Part shown: positions 32,155 to 42,409 of the stretch, one piece after another
Layout of the letters: each line of letters starts with the position of its first letter
How positions within the stretch are numbered: position 1 is the stretch's first letter
Source of the DNA: an uncultured Pseudomonadota bacterium
Lineage (GTDB): Bacteria; Pseudomonadota; Alphaproteobacteria; JACZXZ01
Assembly (NCBI GenBank): GCA_963749075.1
Contig: CAVVLJ010000016.1
Location: 576,001 to 640,000 of the forward strand
DNA: 64,000 nt
Direction of reading: 5' to 3'
Notes under the pieces: model-generated
The model's input: the letters and a program-made list of their open reading frames with translations, nothing else
What the model was told of the DNA's origin: nothing
Databases searched by the model: none
Made by a program: the position numbers and the translations under genes

Positions 32155-33114
32155 CTAACTTCCCTGCGGCGGCCCGCCGCGACGCGTGAGGCGTTGCCTC
32201 AAGCCGGCGGCCTGGTCAATGAATCCGAGCACCGCGATGCCCATGATCGCGAGCCACGACAAGACGACGATGGCGAGCACGAGCGCCACGTAGAAAAGCG
32301 TCAGGAGATGCCGGGACGCCCCGCCGCGGCGCGCCAGCGCATGCAGGCAGGCAACGCCGCCGAAGAAATACGGCGTCGCCAGGATAAAGCAGAGATTGCG
32401 CCCGGCGAAGCCGATGCTGCCGGGGACGAGGAGGCCGGCCGCGGCCGAGAGCGCCACCGCGGCACCGAGCCAGGCGGGCAGGACCAGCGAAGCGAGCTCG
32501 GGGGCGGGGCGAAAGTTCCAGCGGAAGCGCTCCAGGAGACTCTGCGCGAGCGAGGCATTGCCGGCCGTGACGAGAAGCCAGGTGCTGGCCGCAAGGCCCG
32601 GCATGATGTCGACGAATGCGTTGATCAGGCGCTCCGCCTCGGGCGAGAGCTGGACGCCGACATCCCGGAAGAGGGCAGCCACGGCGCGCTCGAGCTCGCT
32701 CTCGAGCCCGCCCGCGAAGGCCGTGAAATAGAGCATCGCCGCGAGCAGTACAGCACCGGCGTAAAGGCTCAGCCAGACGAGGAGCCGGCCGATCGGATAC
32801 CACTCGACCTGCCCGTCCCCATGGCTGCGGTGCAAGGTTCCCTGGCGCGCGAGGAAGAAGGCCGGCACCGCCTCGGTGACCGCGTAATTGCCCGCCGCCC
32901 AGGGACCTGCCGCGAGACCTACCGCCAGCGTGCCGATGCCCCCCGCAAGCGCCGCCCCGGTCCAACCCTGCTGGCGGCTCAGGCCGACGAGGAGGAGCGG
33001 CAGCGGCACGAGCAGCACGAAGGCCAGCACGCCGGGCAGTGCTGCCAGGGTCGCAATGTAGAGCAGCGCGCTCGAGGCGCCGCCCGCCGCGGCAAGGAGT
33101 GCGAGTGCCGGCAT
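32155..33114 (-). CDS. DUF2232/YybS-family membrane protein
   Basis: Multi-TM protein with EWYPIG motif, in the conserved position between rpsR and rplI. Confidence 0.8.
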   Translation of the reverse strand: MPALALLAAAGGASSALLYIATLAALPGVLAFVLLVPLPLLLVGLSRQQGWTGAALAGGIGTLAVGLAAGPWAAGNYAVTEAVPAFFLARQGTLHRSHGDGQVEWYPIGRLLVWLSLYAGAVLLAAMLYFTAFAGGLESELERAVAALFRDVGVQLSPEAERLINAFVDIMPGLAASTWLLVTAGNASLAQSLLERFRWNFRPAPELASLVLPAWLGAAVALSAAAGLLVPGSIGFAGRNLCFILATPYFFGGVACLHALARRGGASRHLLTLFYVALVLAIVVLSWLAIMGIAVLGFIDQAAGLRQRLTRRGGPPQGS

Positions 33115-33138
33115 TCATCCTGTGCCCGTCCGGCACCC

Positions 33139-33384
33139 CTACTGGATCAGGTAGGGGAGAAGGGCGAGGAAGCGCGCGCGCTTGATCGCCTGGGCGAGCT
33201 CGCGCTGCTTCTTCGTGGACACCGCCGTGATGCGGCTGGGCACGATCTTGCCGCGCTCGGAGACGAAGCGCTGCAGCAGCTTCACGTCCTTGTAGTCGAT
33301 CTTCGGCGCGTGCGGTCCCGAGAAGGGACAGCTCTTGCGCCGGCGGAAGAAGGGACGGCGCGGGCCGCCGCCGCCGGGGGTCAT
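33139..33384 (-). CDS. rpsR: 30S ribosomal protein S18
   Basis: [36 protein letters not shown]. Confidence 0.98.
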   Translation of the reverse strand: MTPGGGGPRRPFFRRRKSCPFSGPHAPKIDYKDVKLLQRFVSERGKIVPSRITAVSTKKQRELAQAIKRARFLALLPYLIQ

Positions 33385-33872
33385 GACGCGCCTCCCTCGG
33401 GCGCCGGCTCAGGCGGCGCGCTTGGCGCCTCGGGGCGCGGCCGCCGTCCGCCGCCGCCGCCGCCGCCGAAGCGCCGGCCGTCGTCGTCGCGGAAGCGCCG
33501 GCCGCCGTCGTCGTCGCGGAAGCGCCCGCCGCCCTCGCGGCCTTCGCGGCCCTTGCTCTGCATGACGGCCGAGGGACCCTCCTCGAGCGCCTCCACGCGC
33601 ACCGTGAGGATGCGGATGATGTCCTCGTTGATGCGCATGTTGCGCTCCATCTCCTTGACCGCGGCCGCCGGCGCGTCGAGGTTGAAGAGCACGTAGTGGC
33701 CCTTGCGATTCTTCTTGATGCGGAAGGCGAGGTTGCGCAGGCCCCAATACTCTTTCTTGGCGACCTTGCCGCCTTGCTCCTGGATGATCTTGGTGAAGTT
33801 GTCCGCCAGGCCGTCGACCTGGGCGGCGGACACGTCCTGGCGCGCGATGAACACGCTCTCGTAATAGGCCAA
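33381..33872 (-). CDS. rpsF: 30S ribosomal protein S6 (TTG start, low-complexity tail)
   Basis: [30 protein letters not shown]. Confidence 0.97.
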   Translation of the reverse strand: MAYYESVFIARQDVSAAQVDGLADNFTKIIQEQGGKVAKKEYWGLRNLAFRIKKNRKGHYVLFNLDAPAAAVKEMERNMRINEDIIRILTVRVEALEEGPSAVMQSKGREGREGGGRFRDDDGGRRFRDDDGRRFGGGGGGGRRPRPEAPSAPPEPAPEGGAS

Positions 33873-34059
33873 ATTTTGACTCCTTCTGGCTCATTCGCGG
33901 CCCGGCGCTGGATCGTGCATTCGGCTCGATCAGCCGCCCGGGCCTAGCCGGCGGTGCCGGCAAGGAGCGACGAAGGCGCGCATATTACACAAAAGCGCCG
34001 GTGGCGCAAGCGCCGGTCGTGGCGGGCCGCGCCGGGGAGTCGGTCCCCCACCGCGCGTC

Positions 34060-35056
34060 TCAGGCGCGGCTGGCCAGTCCGTAGAGGAAGCTCAGCACCA
34101 GCGAAGCGCCGGCGCGGCCGGTCATGTCGTCGCGGTCGAAGGGCGGCGAGATCTCCACCACGTCCAGTCCCACGACCTTGGGATGTGCGGCAATGCTGCG
34201 CAGCGCCTCCTGCACATCGCGCAGATCGAGGCCGAAGGGATTGGGTGCCGCCGTGCCCGGCGCCTGGGCCTGGTCGATGCAGTCGATGTCGACCGAGACG
34301 TAGATCGCCTCGCTGCCGTCGCCGGCGATCGCCAGCCCGCTTGCCACGGCCTCCCGCATGCCGCCCTCGCGCAAGCCCCGCCCGGGGATGACGGTGACGC
34401 CCTTGGCGCGGGCATAGCCGGCAAGCTTGGGCGAGTTGCTGAATTCCGCCATGCCGATCTGCACCAGGTTGCGCCCTTGCACGGCAGCGGGCAGCAGCTC
34501 CAGCGCCTTGCGGAACGGCACGCCGCTCGAACTCGGCACCAAGATGCGCTGCGCGCAGATCGTGATGGGCATCGAAATGGATGATGCCGAGCCGCTTGCC
34601 CTCGCCCAGTGCGCGCACCACGCCCCTGAGGCAGGGATAGGCGATGGAATGGTCGCCGCCGATCGACAGCGGGACGATGCCGCGCGCCACCAGTGCTGCG
34701 ATGACGGCGCTCACCCGGTCGAACGTGCCCTGCATGTCGGTGACGTTGACCAGCACGTCGCCGATATCGGCGGCGCGGAAGGCGTCCATGTCGCGCCCGT
34801 CGCTGCTGCTGAACGTCGTGTACCACATCATGGCGCGGCGAACCGCATCCGGCCCGCCGCGCGAGCCGCTGCGAACGACCGAGGCGCCGTCGAAGGGAAT
34901 TCCCAGGAGCGCCGCCTTGAGCCCCTCGAGCGCGCCGTTCCATTCGAGCCAGCCGCCGGCACGCCGCTCGTCGGCGTCGCCCTTCATGGTGTTCACCACG
35001 GTTCCGGGCGCCACCAGGCCCAAGCGCTCCAGCTCCGAGACTGCCGCGGCATCCAT
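34060..35056 (-). CDS. Ureohydrolase (agmatinase/formimidoylglutamase-like); apparent +1 frameshift at about 34530
   Basis: GGDHS and DAHHD in the first frame, SVDID and EISPPFD in the second; removing one base restores GAESSGVPFRK. Confidence 0.85.
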
Positions 35057-35237
35057 GCTGCGTTCCCTCCGCTGCCACTCCTTTGCCGCCTGACGACGCG
35101 GCGGCAGACCGGCGGCGCGACTGCGCTTGACTTCGGAAGAGATCGCAGCAAGCATCGGGTGTCAACAGAAGTTTCCCATAAGGAACCTGCGGGCCGGCGC
35201 ATGGCGGGCGGCCCCGGGAGCATGAGGGAGAGGCGAG

Positions 35238-36662
35238 ATGGCTTGGAAGACGCCAGCCGCCGCGTGCGCCGTGACGGGCGGCATCGCCCAGCCGCCGGCC
35301 GCGGCGTTGGCGCATTTCTATGCCGGACTGCGGGCCGGGGATCTGCCGGAGGTCACGGTACATGCCGTGCGCCGCCATCTGCTCGACACGCTGGGCGCCG
35401 CACTCGCAGGTGCGGCGCAGCCCGAGCCGCGCGCGGTGCTGGGAGCGGGCGAGGCGCTCTACGGCGGGCACGGTGCGGCACCCGTCTGGGGCACCGCGCG
35501 CCGCGTGCCGCCGGGGCTCGCCGCACTGGTGAACGGCACCGCCGCCCATGCGCTGGAACTGGACGATGCCAGCGGCTGCGACCATTCCGGTGCCGTGGTG
35601 GTGCCCGCCGTGCTGGCGGGGCTCACGGCTGCGCCGGGCGCCGGAGCGGGCGATCTCATCGCGGCCATCGTCGCCGGCTACGATCTCGGCCGCCGCGTCT
35701 TGGAGGCGGCGGGCGGCTATGACGCGCACAACGGCGCCGGCTGGCATTCCACCGGGACCTGCGGCGTGTTCGGCGCCGCCATCGCCGTGGCGCGGCTGTG
35801 GCGCCTGCCGGCCGATGTCGCGACAGAGGCGCTCGGCATCGCCGGCTCGTTCGCCTCGGGCAACTGGTCCTTCCTCTCGGACGGAGCGATGACCAAGCGG
35901 CTGCATCCGGGCCATGCCGCTCAGGCCGGGCTGATGGCAGCGGCACTTGCGCGGCAGGGCATGAGTGGCCCCGCCCATGTCTTCGATGCGCCCTGGGGCG
36001 GTTTCCTCGCGGCCTATGCGCGGGAGGCGGCCGAGCCCGAGGCTCTGACGCTGGATCTGGGCGGCTCCTGGCGCATCCAGCGCTCCTCGGTCAAGCCTTA
36101 CGCCTCCTGCCGCGGCACCCATGCGGCGATCGAGGCGGCGCTGGCGCTGCGCCAGGAGATGCCCGCCTCGGCGGTGGCGCGCATCGAGGTCGGCGTGCAT
36201 CCCACCGTCGCGAAGATGTGCGGCGGGACATCGGTGGCCTCGCTGGTCGATGCGCAGATGAGCCTCCCCTATGCCGTCGCCGTCGCCTGGTTGCATGGCG
36301 ATGCCGGCCTGCCGAGCTTCGCCGATGGGGTGCGCTGCAGCCCGGAGGTCGCGGAATGGCTGCCGCGCGTCCGCGTGGTGCACGACCCGGCCGTGGACAG
36401 CATCGTCGCCGCGCGGCTGACCGCGACGCCGCAGAAAGGCGCGCCGCGGACGCTGCGCATCGACGTGCCCGCCGGCTCCTGGAACCGCCCGCTGCCGGAT
36501 GCGGCACTGGTGGCGAAGTATCGCGGGCTCGCGGCGCCGGCGCTGGGTCCGGTGCGGGCGGCGGCGGTGGAAGCGCTGGTGCTCGCCCTCGGCCGGGGCT
36601 CGGAGGCTGCGGCGCTTCCGGATCTTCTCTCCATCGGCGAAACGCGAGGACAAGCGGCATGA
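35238..36662 (+). CDS. MmgE/PrpD family protein
   Basis: NGTAAHALELDD, HSG, WHSTG, KRLHPG, KPYASCRGTH. Confidence 0.9.
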   Translation: MAWKTPAAACAVTGGIAQPPAAALAHFYAGLRAGDLPEVTVHAVRRHLLDTLGAALAGAAQPEPRAVLGAGEALYGGHGAAPVWGTARRVPPGLAALVNGTAAHALELDDASGCDHSGAVVVPAVLAGLTAAPGAGAGDLIAAIVAGYDLGRRVLEAAGGYDAHNGAGWHSTGTCGVFGAAIAVARLWRLPADVATEALGIAGSFASGNWSFLSDGAMTKRLHPGHAAQAGLMAAALARQGMSGPAHVFDAPWGGFLAAYAREAAEPEALTLDLGGSWRIQRSSVKPYASCRGTHAAIEAALALRQEMPASAVARIEVGVHPTVAKMCGGTSVASLVDAQMSLPYAVAVAWLHGDAGLPSFADGVRCSPEVAEWLPRVRVVHDPAVDSIVAARLTATPQKGAPRTLRIDVPAGSWNRPLPDAALVAKYRGLAAPALGPVRAAAVEALVLALGRGSEAAALPDLLSIGETRGQAA

Positions 36663-38161
36663 GCCTCCGGCCCGACTACCGCGGCTTCCGCGCCGCCGGT
36701 GCCCGCCTCACGGAGGAGCCGCTGGCGCATCTGGACTTCCACCGCTCCGGCCTGCTCGGCGAATCGATCCACGGCATCCACGCCTTCGACAAGGCGCATT
36801 GCGTCATGCTGACCGAGACCGGCATCGTGGAGCGCGAGACCGGCAAGGCCATGCTCGCCGCCTTCCGCGCCATGGAGGCGGAGGGCATGGAGCAGGCCCG
36901 CACCGAGGCCGACGGCGGCATGCATTCGGGCGAGCATTACCTGATCCGCAAGCTGGGCGAGGCGGTCGGCGGCCGGCTGCACCTCGGCCGCAGCTCGGGC
37001 GACCTCATCGAGGTGGCGCGCCGCCTTACCTTCAAGCGCCACGTGCACCGCATCCTCGCGGCACTGCTGGCCTTGCGCGGCACGCTCCTGGCGCTCGCCG
37101 AGGAGCATCTCGACACCGTGATGCCCGGCTATACCCATGGCCAGCACGCCCAGCCCACCACCTTTGCCCATTGGGTGACGATGTTCGAGCTCGGCTTCGC
37201 CCGCGACGGCGCGCGGCTGCTCTCCTTCCACGACAGGCTGAACCGCTCCCCGGCCGGGGCGGCGATCATGACCGGCAGTGACTTCCCGCTCGACCGCGCG
37301 CGCACCGCATCGCTGCTCGGCTTCGAAGATCCGCTGCCGCACGCCATGGACGCCATCCTGAGCCATGACCTGGAGATGGAATACGCCGGCGTGCTGGCGG
37401 TGCTGGCGCAGACGCTTGCGCGGATCGCCGACGATCTCTTCCTGTGGTCCACCACCGAATTCGCGATGGTGGAGCTGCCCGACCGCTACTGCGGCACCAG
37501 CAGCATCATGCCGCAGAAAAAGAACCCGGACGGGCTCGAGGACATGAAGGGCCTCGCCGCCCAGTCGCTCGGCGTCCTGGTCACCGTCTTCGCGGCGGAA
37601 AAGGGGCCGACGGGCTTCCCCATCATGGAGCGGCGCAACAGCCAGTCGGTGCTGTGGGATCTCGGCCGCGGCCTGGCGGTACGGCTGGAGACCATGGCGC
37701 CGCTGTTGCGCGAGCTTCAGGTGCGCAAGGCGCGGATGCTTGAACTGGCCGGCGCCAACTGGGCGCAGTCGACCGATCTGGCAGCCGCCCTGGTGCGTGC
37801 GGCGGGCATGGACTGGCGCAGCGCGCATCAGCTCGTCGGCGTCTTCGTGCGCGAATGCCTGGCCGGCGGCATAGCACCCATGGCGGCGCGGCCGGCGCAT
37901 CTCGACCGCGCGGCGCGGGGCATGGGCGTGGCGGCGCCGGGCCTCGGCGATGCGGCGTTCGACACGGCGATGGACCCGGCCGGCTTCGTGCGCCGCCGCA
38001 CGCTGTTGGGCGGCCCGGCGCCGCAGGCGGTCACGCGCGAGATCGCCTCGGCGCGCGCCATCCTGGCCGCCGACGCCGATTGCCTCGCCACCAAGGAGAA
38101 ACAGGCGGCGGACGCCTCGGTCCGCCTCGAGGACGCCGTCACGGCTATACTGGAGGGCTAG
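36659..38161 (+). CDS. Argininosuccinate-lyase-like C-N lyase (fumarase/aspartase superfamily)
   Basis: LHLGRSSGD, GYTHGQHAQP, signature GTSSIMPQKKNP; ATGA overlap with the PrpD-like gene. Confidence 0.88.
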   Translation: MSLRPDYRGFRAAGARLTEEPLAHLDFHRSGLLGESIHGIHAFDKAHCVMLTETGIVERETGKAMLAAFRAMEAEGMEQARTEADGGMHSGEHYLIRKLGEAVGGRLHLGRSSGDLIEVARRLTFKRHVHRILAALLALRGTLLALAEEHLDTVMPGYTHGQHAQPTTFAHWVTMFELGFARDGARLLSFHDRLNRSPAGAAIMTGSDFPLDRARTASLLGFEDPLPHAMDAILSHDLEMEYAGVLAVLAQTLARIADDLFLWSTTEFAMVELPDRYCGTSSIMPQKKNPDGLEDMKGLAAQSLGVLVTVFAAEKGPTGFPIMERRNSQSVLWDLGRGLAVRLETMAPLLRELQVRKARMLELAGANWAQSTDLAAALVRAAGMDWRSAHQLVGVFVRECLAGGIAPMAARPAHLDRAARGMGVAAPGLGDAAFDTAMDPAGFVRRRTLLGGPAPQAVTREIASARAILAADADCLATKEKQAADASVRLEDAVTAILEG

Positions 38162-38163
38162 TC

Positions 38164-38814
38164 ATGGCGAACCAGGCGAAGGCGGGGAAGGTCCGCGCAG
38201 TGGCCGGCAAGGAAGGGGCCCGCCACGGCGCCGTGGCGGAGCAGCGCAACGTCACCTACCCGGTGCGCGACGAGAAGGTGCGGGTCGGTGCCAAGCTGCG
38301 CGCGCTGCGACAGTCCCGCGGCTTGTCGATCGAGCAGGTCGCCCAGGCCGTCGGCGTGAACAAATCCTTCATCAGCAAGCTGGAGCACGATGCCGTCGCA
38401 CCCTCGATCGCGACGCTGCTGCGCTATTGCGACGCGGTCGGCATCCGGCCGGGCACGCTGTTCGACCCGCCGCCCACCAAGCTGGTGCGCAAGGGCGAGG
38501 GCCGGCCGATCGATCTCGGCGGCCAGCGCATGCGGGAATTCCTGGTCTCGGGCGAGGGGCAGGACGACCTCATGGTGCTGCTCTCGGAGATCGAGGCCGG
38601 CGGCGGCTCGGGCGACGAGCCGTACACGCTGCGCTCCGCCGCCGACTTGGTGCATGTGCTGGAAGGGCTGCTGGAGATGGTGGTGGATGGCGTCTCCTAC
38701 GTCCTCGGAGCGGGCGACACGCTGACTTTTCCGCCCACCCTGCCGCACAGCTGGCGCAATCCGTCGCGCAGCGCGCGGACGCGCGCCATCTGGGTCATCG
38801 TGCCGCCGCCATGA
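38164..38814 (+). CDS. XRE-HTH plus cupin transcriptional regulator
   Basis: LRALRQSRGLSIEQVA...KSFISKLE; C-terminal cupin ending PHSWRN. Confidence 0.9.
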   Translation: MANQAKAGKVRAVAGKEGARHGAVAEQRNVTYPVRDEKVRVGAKLRALRQSRGLSIEQVAQAVGVNKSFISKLEHDAVAPSIATLLRYCDAVGIRPGTLFDPPPTKLVRKGEGRPIDLGGQRMREFLVSGEGQDDLMVLLSEIEAGGGSGDEPYTLRSAADLVHVLEGLLEMVVDGVSYVLGAGDTLTFPPTLPHSWRNPSRSARTRAIWVIVPPP

Positions 38815-38948
38815 CCGCCAGCGCCGCGCCGCCGCTCACCCTGCTGCGCGCCGGCGCCGTCTTCGCGCCGCGCACGCCTGCCCAAGGCCGCCTAGCAGGC
38901 CGCGGTCCAATTCTGCCCGCTATGCCGCGGCGGCGCCCGATGCTATGA
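38811..38948 (+). pseudogene. Possible truncated 5' fragment of an amidohydrolase (IadA-like)
   Basis: ATGA-coupled to the regulator; LTLLRAGAVFAP resembles an amidohydrolase first strand, then the sequence degenerates. Confidence 0.3.
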
Positions 38949-39010
38949 CTGGCTCTGCCGCTCAAGCGCCGAGATCGCCTCGTCAGGGCATGCCGCTTCG
39001 GGGAAAAGCC

Positions 39011-39574
39011 ATGATCAGACTCGTCCTCGCGTTCATCTGCGCCGCGCTTCTCTTCGGCTCGGCCGAGGCCCAGGACATCGCGGGCCAGGCCAAGGAGGCC
39101 GAGGCGCTTGCCGGCCAGGGCAAGTTCGCCGAGGCGATCGAGGCACTCGACGTTGCCGTCGGTGCGCTGTGGGACAAGGCGCCGCTCACGGTGCGCCGTG
39201 CCCTGTGGGTCGCCGATGAGCCCCAAGGCTTCGGAGCCTACACGCCGCGCCTCAACAACCACTATGCGGCGGGCGCCAAGATGATCGTCTATTCCGAGCC
39301 GATCGGCTTCGGCTGGCGCAAGGCCGGCGATTTCTGGAAGACGGACATCGCCGTCGACATGGCGGTCAAGACGCCGGACGGCAAGGAGCTCTTCCGCAAG
39401 GACGGCTTCTCCAAGTTCGAGGTCACCAGCCGCGCGCGCAATCGGGAGTTCTACGCCCGGCTTACCTACACGCTGTCAGGTATTCCGGCCGGCGAGTACG
39501 TGATCGATACCACGATGCACGATGCCGTGAGCGGCAAGAGCGGCACCTTTTCCCTGCCCTTCGTGGTGGAATAG
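39011..39574 (+). CDS. Secreted hypothetical protein (beta-sandwich-like)
   Basis: Signal peptide ending AEA-Q; host-like codon usage. Confidence 0.75.
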   Translation: MIRLVLAFICAALLFGSAEAQDIAGQAKEAEALAGQGKFAEAIEALDVAVGALWDKAPLTVRRALWVADEPQGFGAYTPRLNNHYAAGAKMIVYSEPIGFGWRKAGDFWKTDIAVDMAVKTPDGKELFRKDGFSKFEVTSRARNREFYARLTYTLSGIPAGEYVIDTTMHDAVSGKSGTFSLPFVVE

Positions 39575-39620
39575 GCGGCGGCGCGCGCCGGCGGACTGCC
39601 AGGGGCGAGGGGAGCACGGG

Positions 39621-40592
39621 ATGAGCGTCATCCTGGGGAGCGGCGACTTCACCTATCGCGTGGTGGAGCAATGGGCGAGGCTGCCCGAGGGCTGGCGCTT
39701 CGGCGACGTGGCGGGCGTCGGCGTCGACCGCCGCGACCGCGTCTACGTTTTCAACCGCGGCCCCCATCCGATGGCGGTGTTCGACCGCGAGGGGAACTTC
39801 CTCGGCTCGTGGGGCGAGGGTCTCTTCCGCCACGCCCACGGGGTCCATATGGGCCCGGACGATACGATCTATCTGACCGACGACGGCGACCACACGGTGC
39901 GCAAATGCACGCTCGAGGGGAAGGTGCTGCTCGCGATCGGCATCCCCGGGCGGCCGGCACCCTATGCGAGCGGCCAGCCCTTCAACCGTTGCACCCATAC
40001 GGCACTCTCGCCCCAGCTCGAGATCTACGTCTCGGACGGTTACGGCAATGCCCGCGTCCATAAATACGCGCCCGACGGCAAGCGGCTCCTCTCCTGGGGC
40101 GAGTCCGGCGCCGATCCCGGCCAGTTCAACCTCCCGCACAACATCTGCTGCGACGCGGACGGCTGGGTCTATGTGGCGGACCGCGAGAACCACCGGATAC
40201 AGGTCTTCGACGGCCAGGGCCGCTACGAGACCCAGTGGAACAACATGCACCGGCCGAGCGGGCTCTATATGATGCCGGGTAAGTGCCCGATCTGCTTCGT
40301 GGGCGAGATCGGACCCTACCTCGAGTTCAACCGCGCCATGCCCAACCTCGGCCCGCGCATCAGCATCCTCTCCCACGAGGGGAAGCTCCTCTCGCGGCTG
40401 CAAGGCACGCCGCCCGCGGGCACGGCGCCCGGGCAATTCCTCTCGCCCCACGGGATTGCCGTCGATTCCCGGGGCGATCTCTACGTGGGCGAGGTCGCGG
40501 TGACCGCTTGGCCCCAGATCTTTCCCGACACGCCCATGCCCGACCCGTTGCGCAGCCTGCAGAAATTCACCAGGATAGCGCCCGCCCATTGA
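39621..40592 (+). CDS. NHL-repeat beta-propeller (peptidyl-alpha-hydroxyglycine amidating lyase-like)
   Basis: YVSDGYGNARVHK, GQFNLPH, YVADRENHRIQVF, PHGIAVD. Confidence 0.85.
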   Translation: MSVILGSGDFTYRVVEQWARLPEGWRFGDVAGVGVDRRDRVYVFNRGPHPMAVFDREGNFLGSWGEGLFRHAHGVHMGPDDTIYLTDDGDHTVRKCTLEGKVLLAIGIPGRPAPYASGQPFNRCTHTALSPQLEIYVSDGYGNARVHKYAPDGKRLLSWGESGADPGQFNLPHNICCDADGWVYVADRENHRIQVFDGQGRYETQWNNMHRPSGLYMMPGKCPICFVGEIGPYLEFNRAMPNLGPRISILSHEGKLLSRLQGTPPAGTAPGQFLSPHGIAVDSRGDLYVGEVAVTAWPQIFPDTPMPDPLRSLQKFTRIAPAH

Positions 40593-40641
40593 GCCGTGCC
40601 GTCCGCGCGGCCCTTCCGCTCCCGCCAGAGGATGCCCAGCC

Positions 40642-41373
40642 ATGATCGAGCAGGATGTCGTCGTCACCACCAAGCACGGCAACATGCCGAGCTTCGCCGT
40701 CTCTCCGGAGGGTCCGGGGGATTATCCGCCGATCATCCTCTATATGGACGCGCCCGGCATTCGCGAGGAGCTGCGCAATCTCGCGCGGCGCTACGCCAAG
40801 GCTGGGTATTTCTGCATCCTGCCGGACATGTATTATCGCCTCGGCACGGTCCGCTTCGACATCCCGCGGCGCGACGACCCGATGTCGGGGGTGATCCGCG
40901 CGGCCATGAACCACCTCTCGAACGCGCGCGTCGTCGACGATACCGCGGGACTGCTCGGCTTCCTCGATGCGCAGGAGCGCGTGCGGCCGGGTGCCGTCGG
41001 CTGCGTCGGCTACTGCATGAGCGGCTGCTACATCACGACCGTGGCAGCGTGTTTCCCCCATCGCATCGCGGCCGCGGCGTCGCTCTACGGCGTCAACATC
41101 GTGACCGACAAGGAGGACTCGCCCCATCTCATCGTGGGCGACATCAAGGGCGAGCTCTACTACAGCTTCGCCGAGACCGACCCCTCGGTGCCGGACAACG
41201 TCATTCCCACGCTCAAGGCGGCACTCGACAAGGCAAAGACGAAATACGCGCTTGAGATCATGCCCGGCACCCACCACGGCTTCTGCTTTCCCGAGCGCCA
41301 GGCCTACCACGCGCTCGCCGCGGAAGCGGCCTGGAGCAAGATTGCCGCCCTCTGGCAGCGCGCGCTCGGATAG
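40642..41373 (+). CDS. Dienelactone hydrolase family protein
   Basis: GYCMSG nucleophile elbow, MDAPGIR, HHGF. Confidence 0.9.
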   Translation: MIEQDVVVTTKHGNMPSFAVSPEGPGDYPPIILYMDAPGIREELRNLARRYAKAGYFCILPDMYYRLGTVRFDIPRRDDPMSGVIRAAMNHLSNARVVDDTAGLLGFLDAQERVRPGAVGCVGYCMSGCYITTVAACFPHRIAAAASLYGVNIVTDKEDSPHLIVGDIKGELYYSFAETDPSVPDNVIPTLKAALDKAKTKYALEIMPGTHHGFCFPERQAYHALAAEAAWSKIAALWQRALG

Positions 41374-41380
41374 AAGCACC

Positions 41381-42394
41381 GTGCCGCGAGAGAAATTCAC
41401 CATCGGCGTGGCGACGCCGTCCGGCATGGGGCCGGCCTATGCCTATCTGACGCCGGCCTTAGCACTCGGCTACGATCGGGAGGAGGGGCTCGAGTTCGCC
41501 TTCTTCCAGGGCGGCGAGCCGGGTGCCACGGCCGAGAGCCTAGCTGCCGGCGCCTGCGACATCGCCTGCCTCAACACAATCGTGGGCTTCCTCGGGCGCG
41601 AGCAAGGCCTGCCCATGCTGGCGGTCGGCAGCAAGGCGCGGCGCGCGCACCGCTATTTCGCGGTGCTGCCGCAGAGCCCGGCGGCCGCCCTCCCCGATCT
41701 CGCCGGCAAGCGCATCGCCTGCGATTTTGAGCACCTTCATCCGCTAGCCGAGGCCGCGCTCGCGGAGGAGGGCGTGGCAAGCGGCGGCTTCCAATGGGTG
41801 CCCTGGCGCGGCTCGGGCATGGAAGCGCACGGCATGGTCGAGCCGCTCCGCCGCGGCGAGGTCGACGCGCTCTTCCTCATGGACTGGAACGACGGCGACT
41901 TCCGGGCGGAGGGTCTACCGCTCCGCCATCTCCGCTCGCGGCTCCTCGAGCGCATCCGCGTCTCCTCCTGCTACTGGACCACGGAAACCAACTTCGCCGC
42001 TCATGGCGAGCGCCTCGCACGCGGCTTGAGGGCGATCCAGAAGAGCCTGGTCTACTCCTTCGCCAACCCCGAGGCAGCGCTCAAGGCCATGTGGCAGACC
42101 CATCCGGAGACGCGGCCGCCTCCCGCTTCCCACGCGGCCGTGCTGCGCCGCGATCTCGCCGTGCTCGAGGCCTGCCTCGAGCCGATGCGCATCGACCCGG
42201 GCGATTCCGATCCGCGCTGGTGTGCGATCCCGGCCGAGGAGATGGCGGCCTGGCAGGCGTTCCTCGTCCGCTCGGGTGCCATCGGTCCCGGATTCGAGCT
42301 CGCGCGCTGCTATACGACGGCGCTCGTGAGTACGATCAACGATTTCGACGCGGCGCCCATTCTGCGGGCGGCCGCCGGCAGCCCTTTATCCTGA
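41381..42394 (+). CDS. NMT1/SsuA-like substrate-binding-fold protein lacking a signal peptide
   Basis: LGYDREEGLE, DLAGKRI, LRRGEVDA, ANPEAA. Confidence 0.7.
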   Translation: MPREKFTIGVATPSGMGPAYAYLTPALALGYDREEGLEFAFFQGGEPGATAESLAAGACDIACLNTIVGFLGREQGLPMLAVGSKARRAHRYFAVLPQSPAAALPDLAGKRIACDFEHLHPLAEAALAEEGVASGGFQWVPWRGSGMEAHGMVEPLRRGEVDALFLMDWNDGDFRAEGLPLRHLRSRLLERIRVSSCYWTTETNFAAHGERLARGLRAIQKSLVYSFANPEAALKAMWQTHPETRPPPASHAAVLRRDLAVLEACLEPMRIDPGDSDPRWCAIPAEEMAAWQAFLVRSGAIGPGFELARCYTTALVSTINDFDAAPILRAAAGSPLS

Positions 42395-42409
42395 GGTCAA
42401 AAAGCGCCC

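Noticed and set aside
33440-33550. Repeats in the rpsF tail (GGRRFRDDD)
   Set aside because: Low-complexity charged tails are common in alphaproteobacterial S6.
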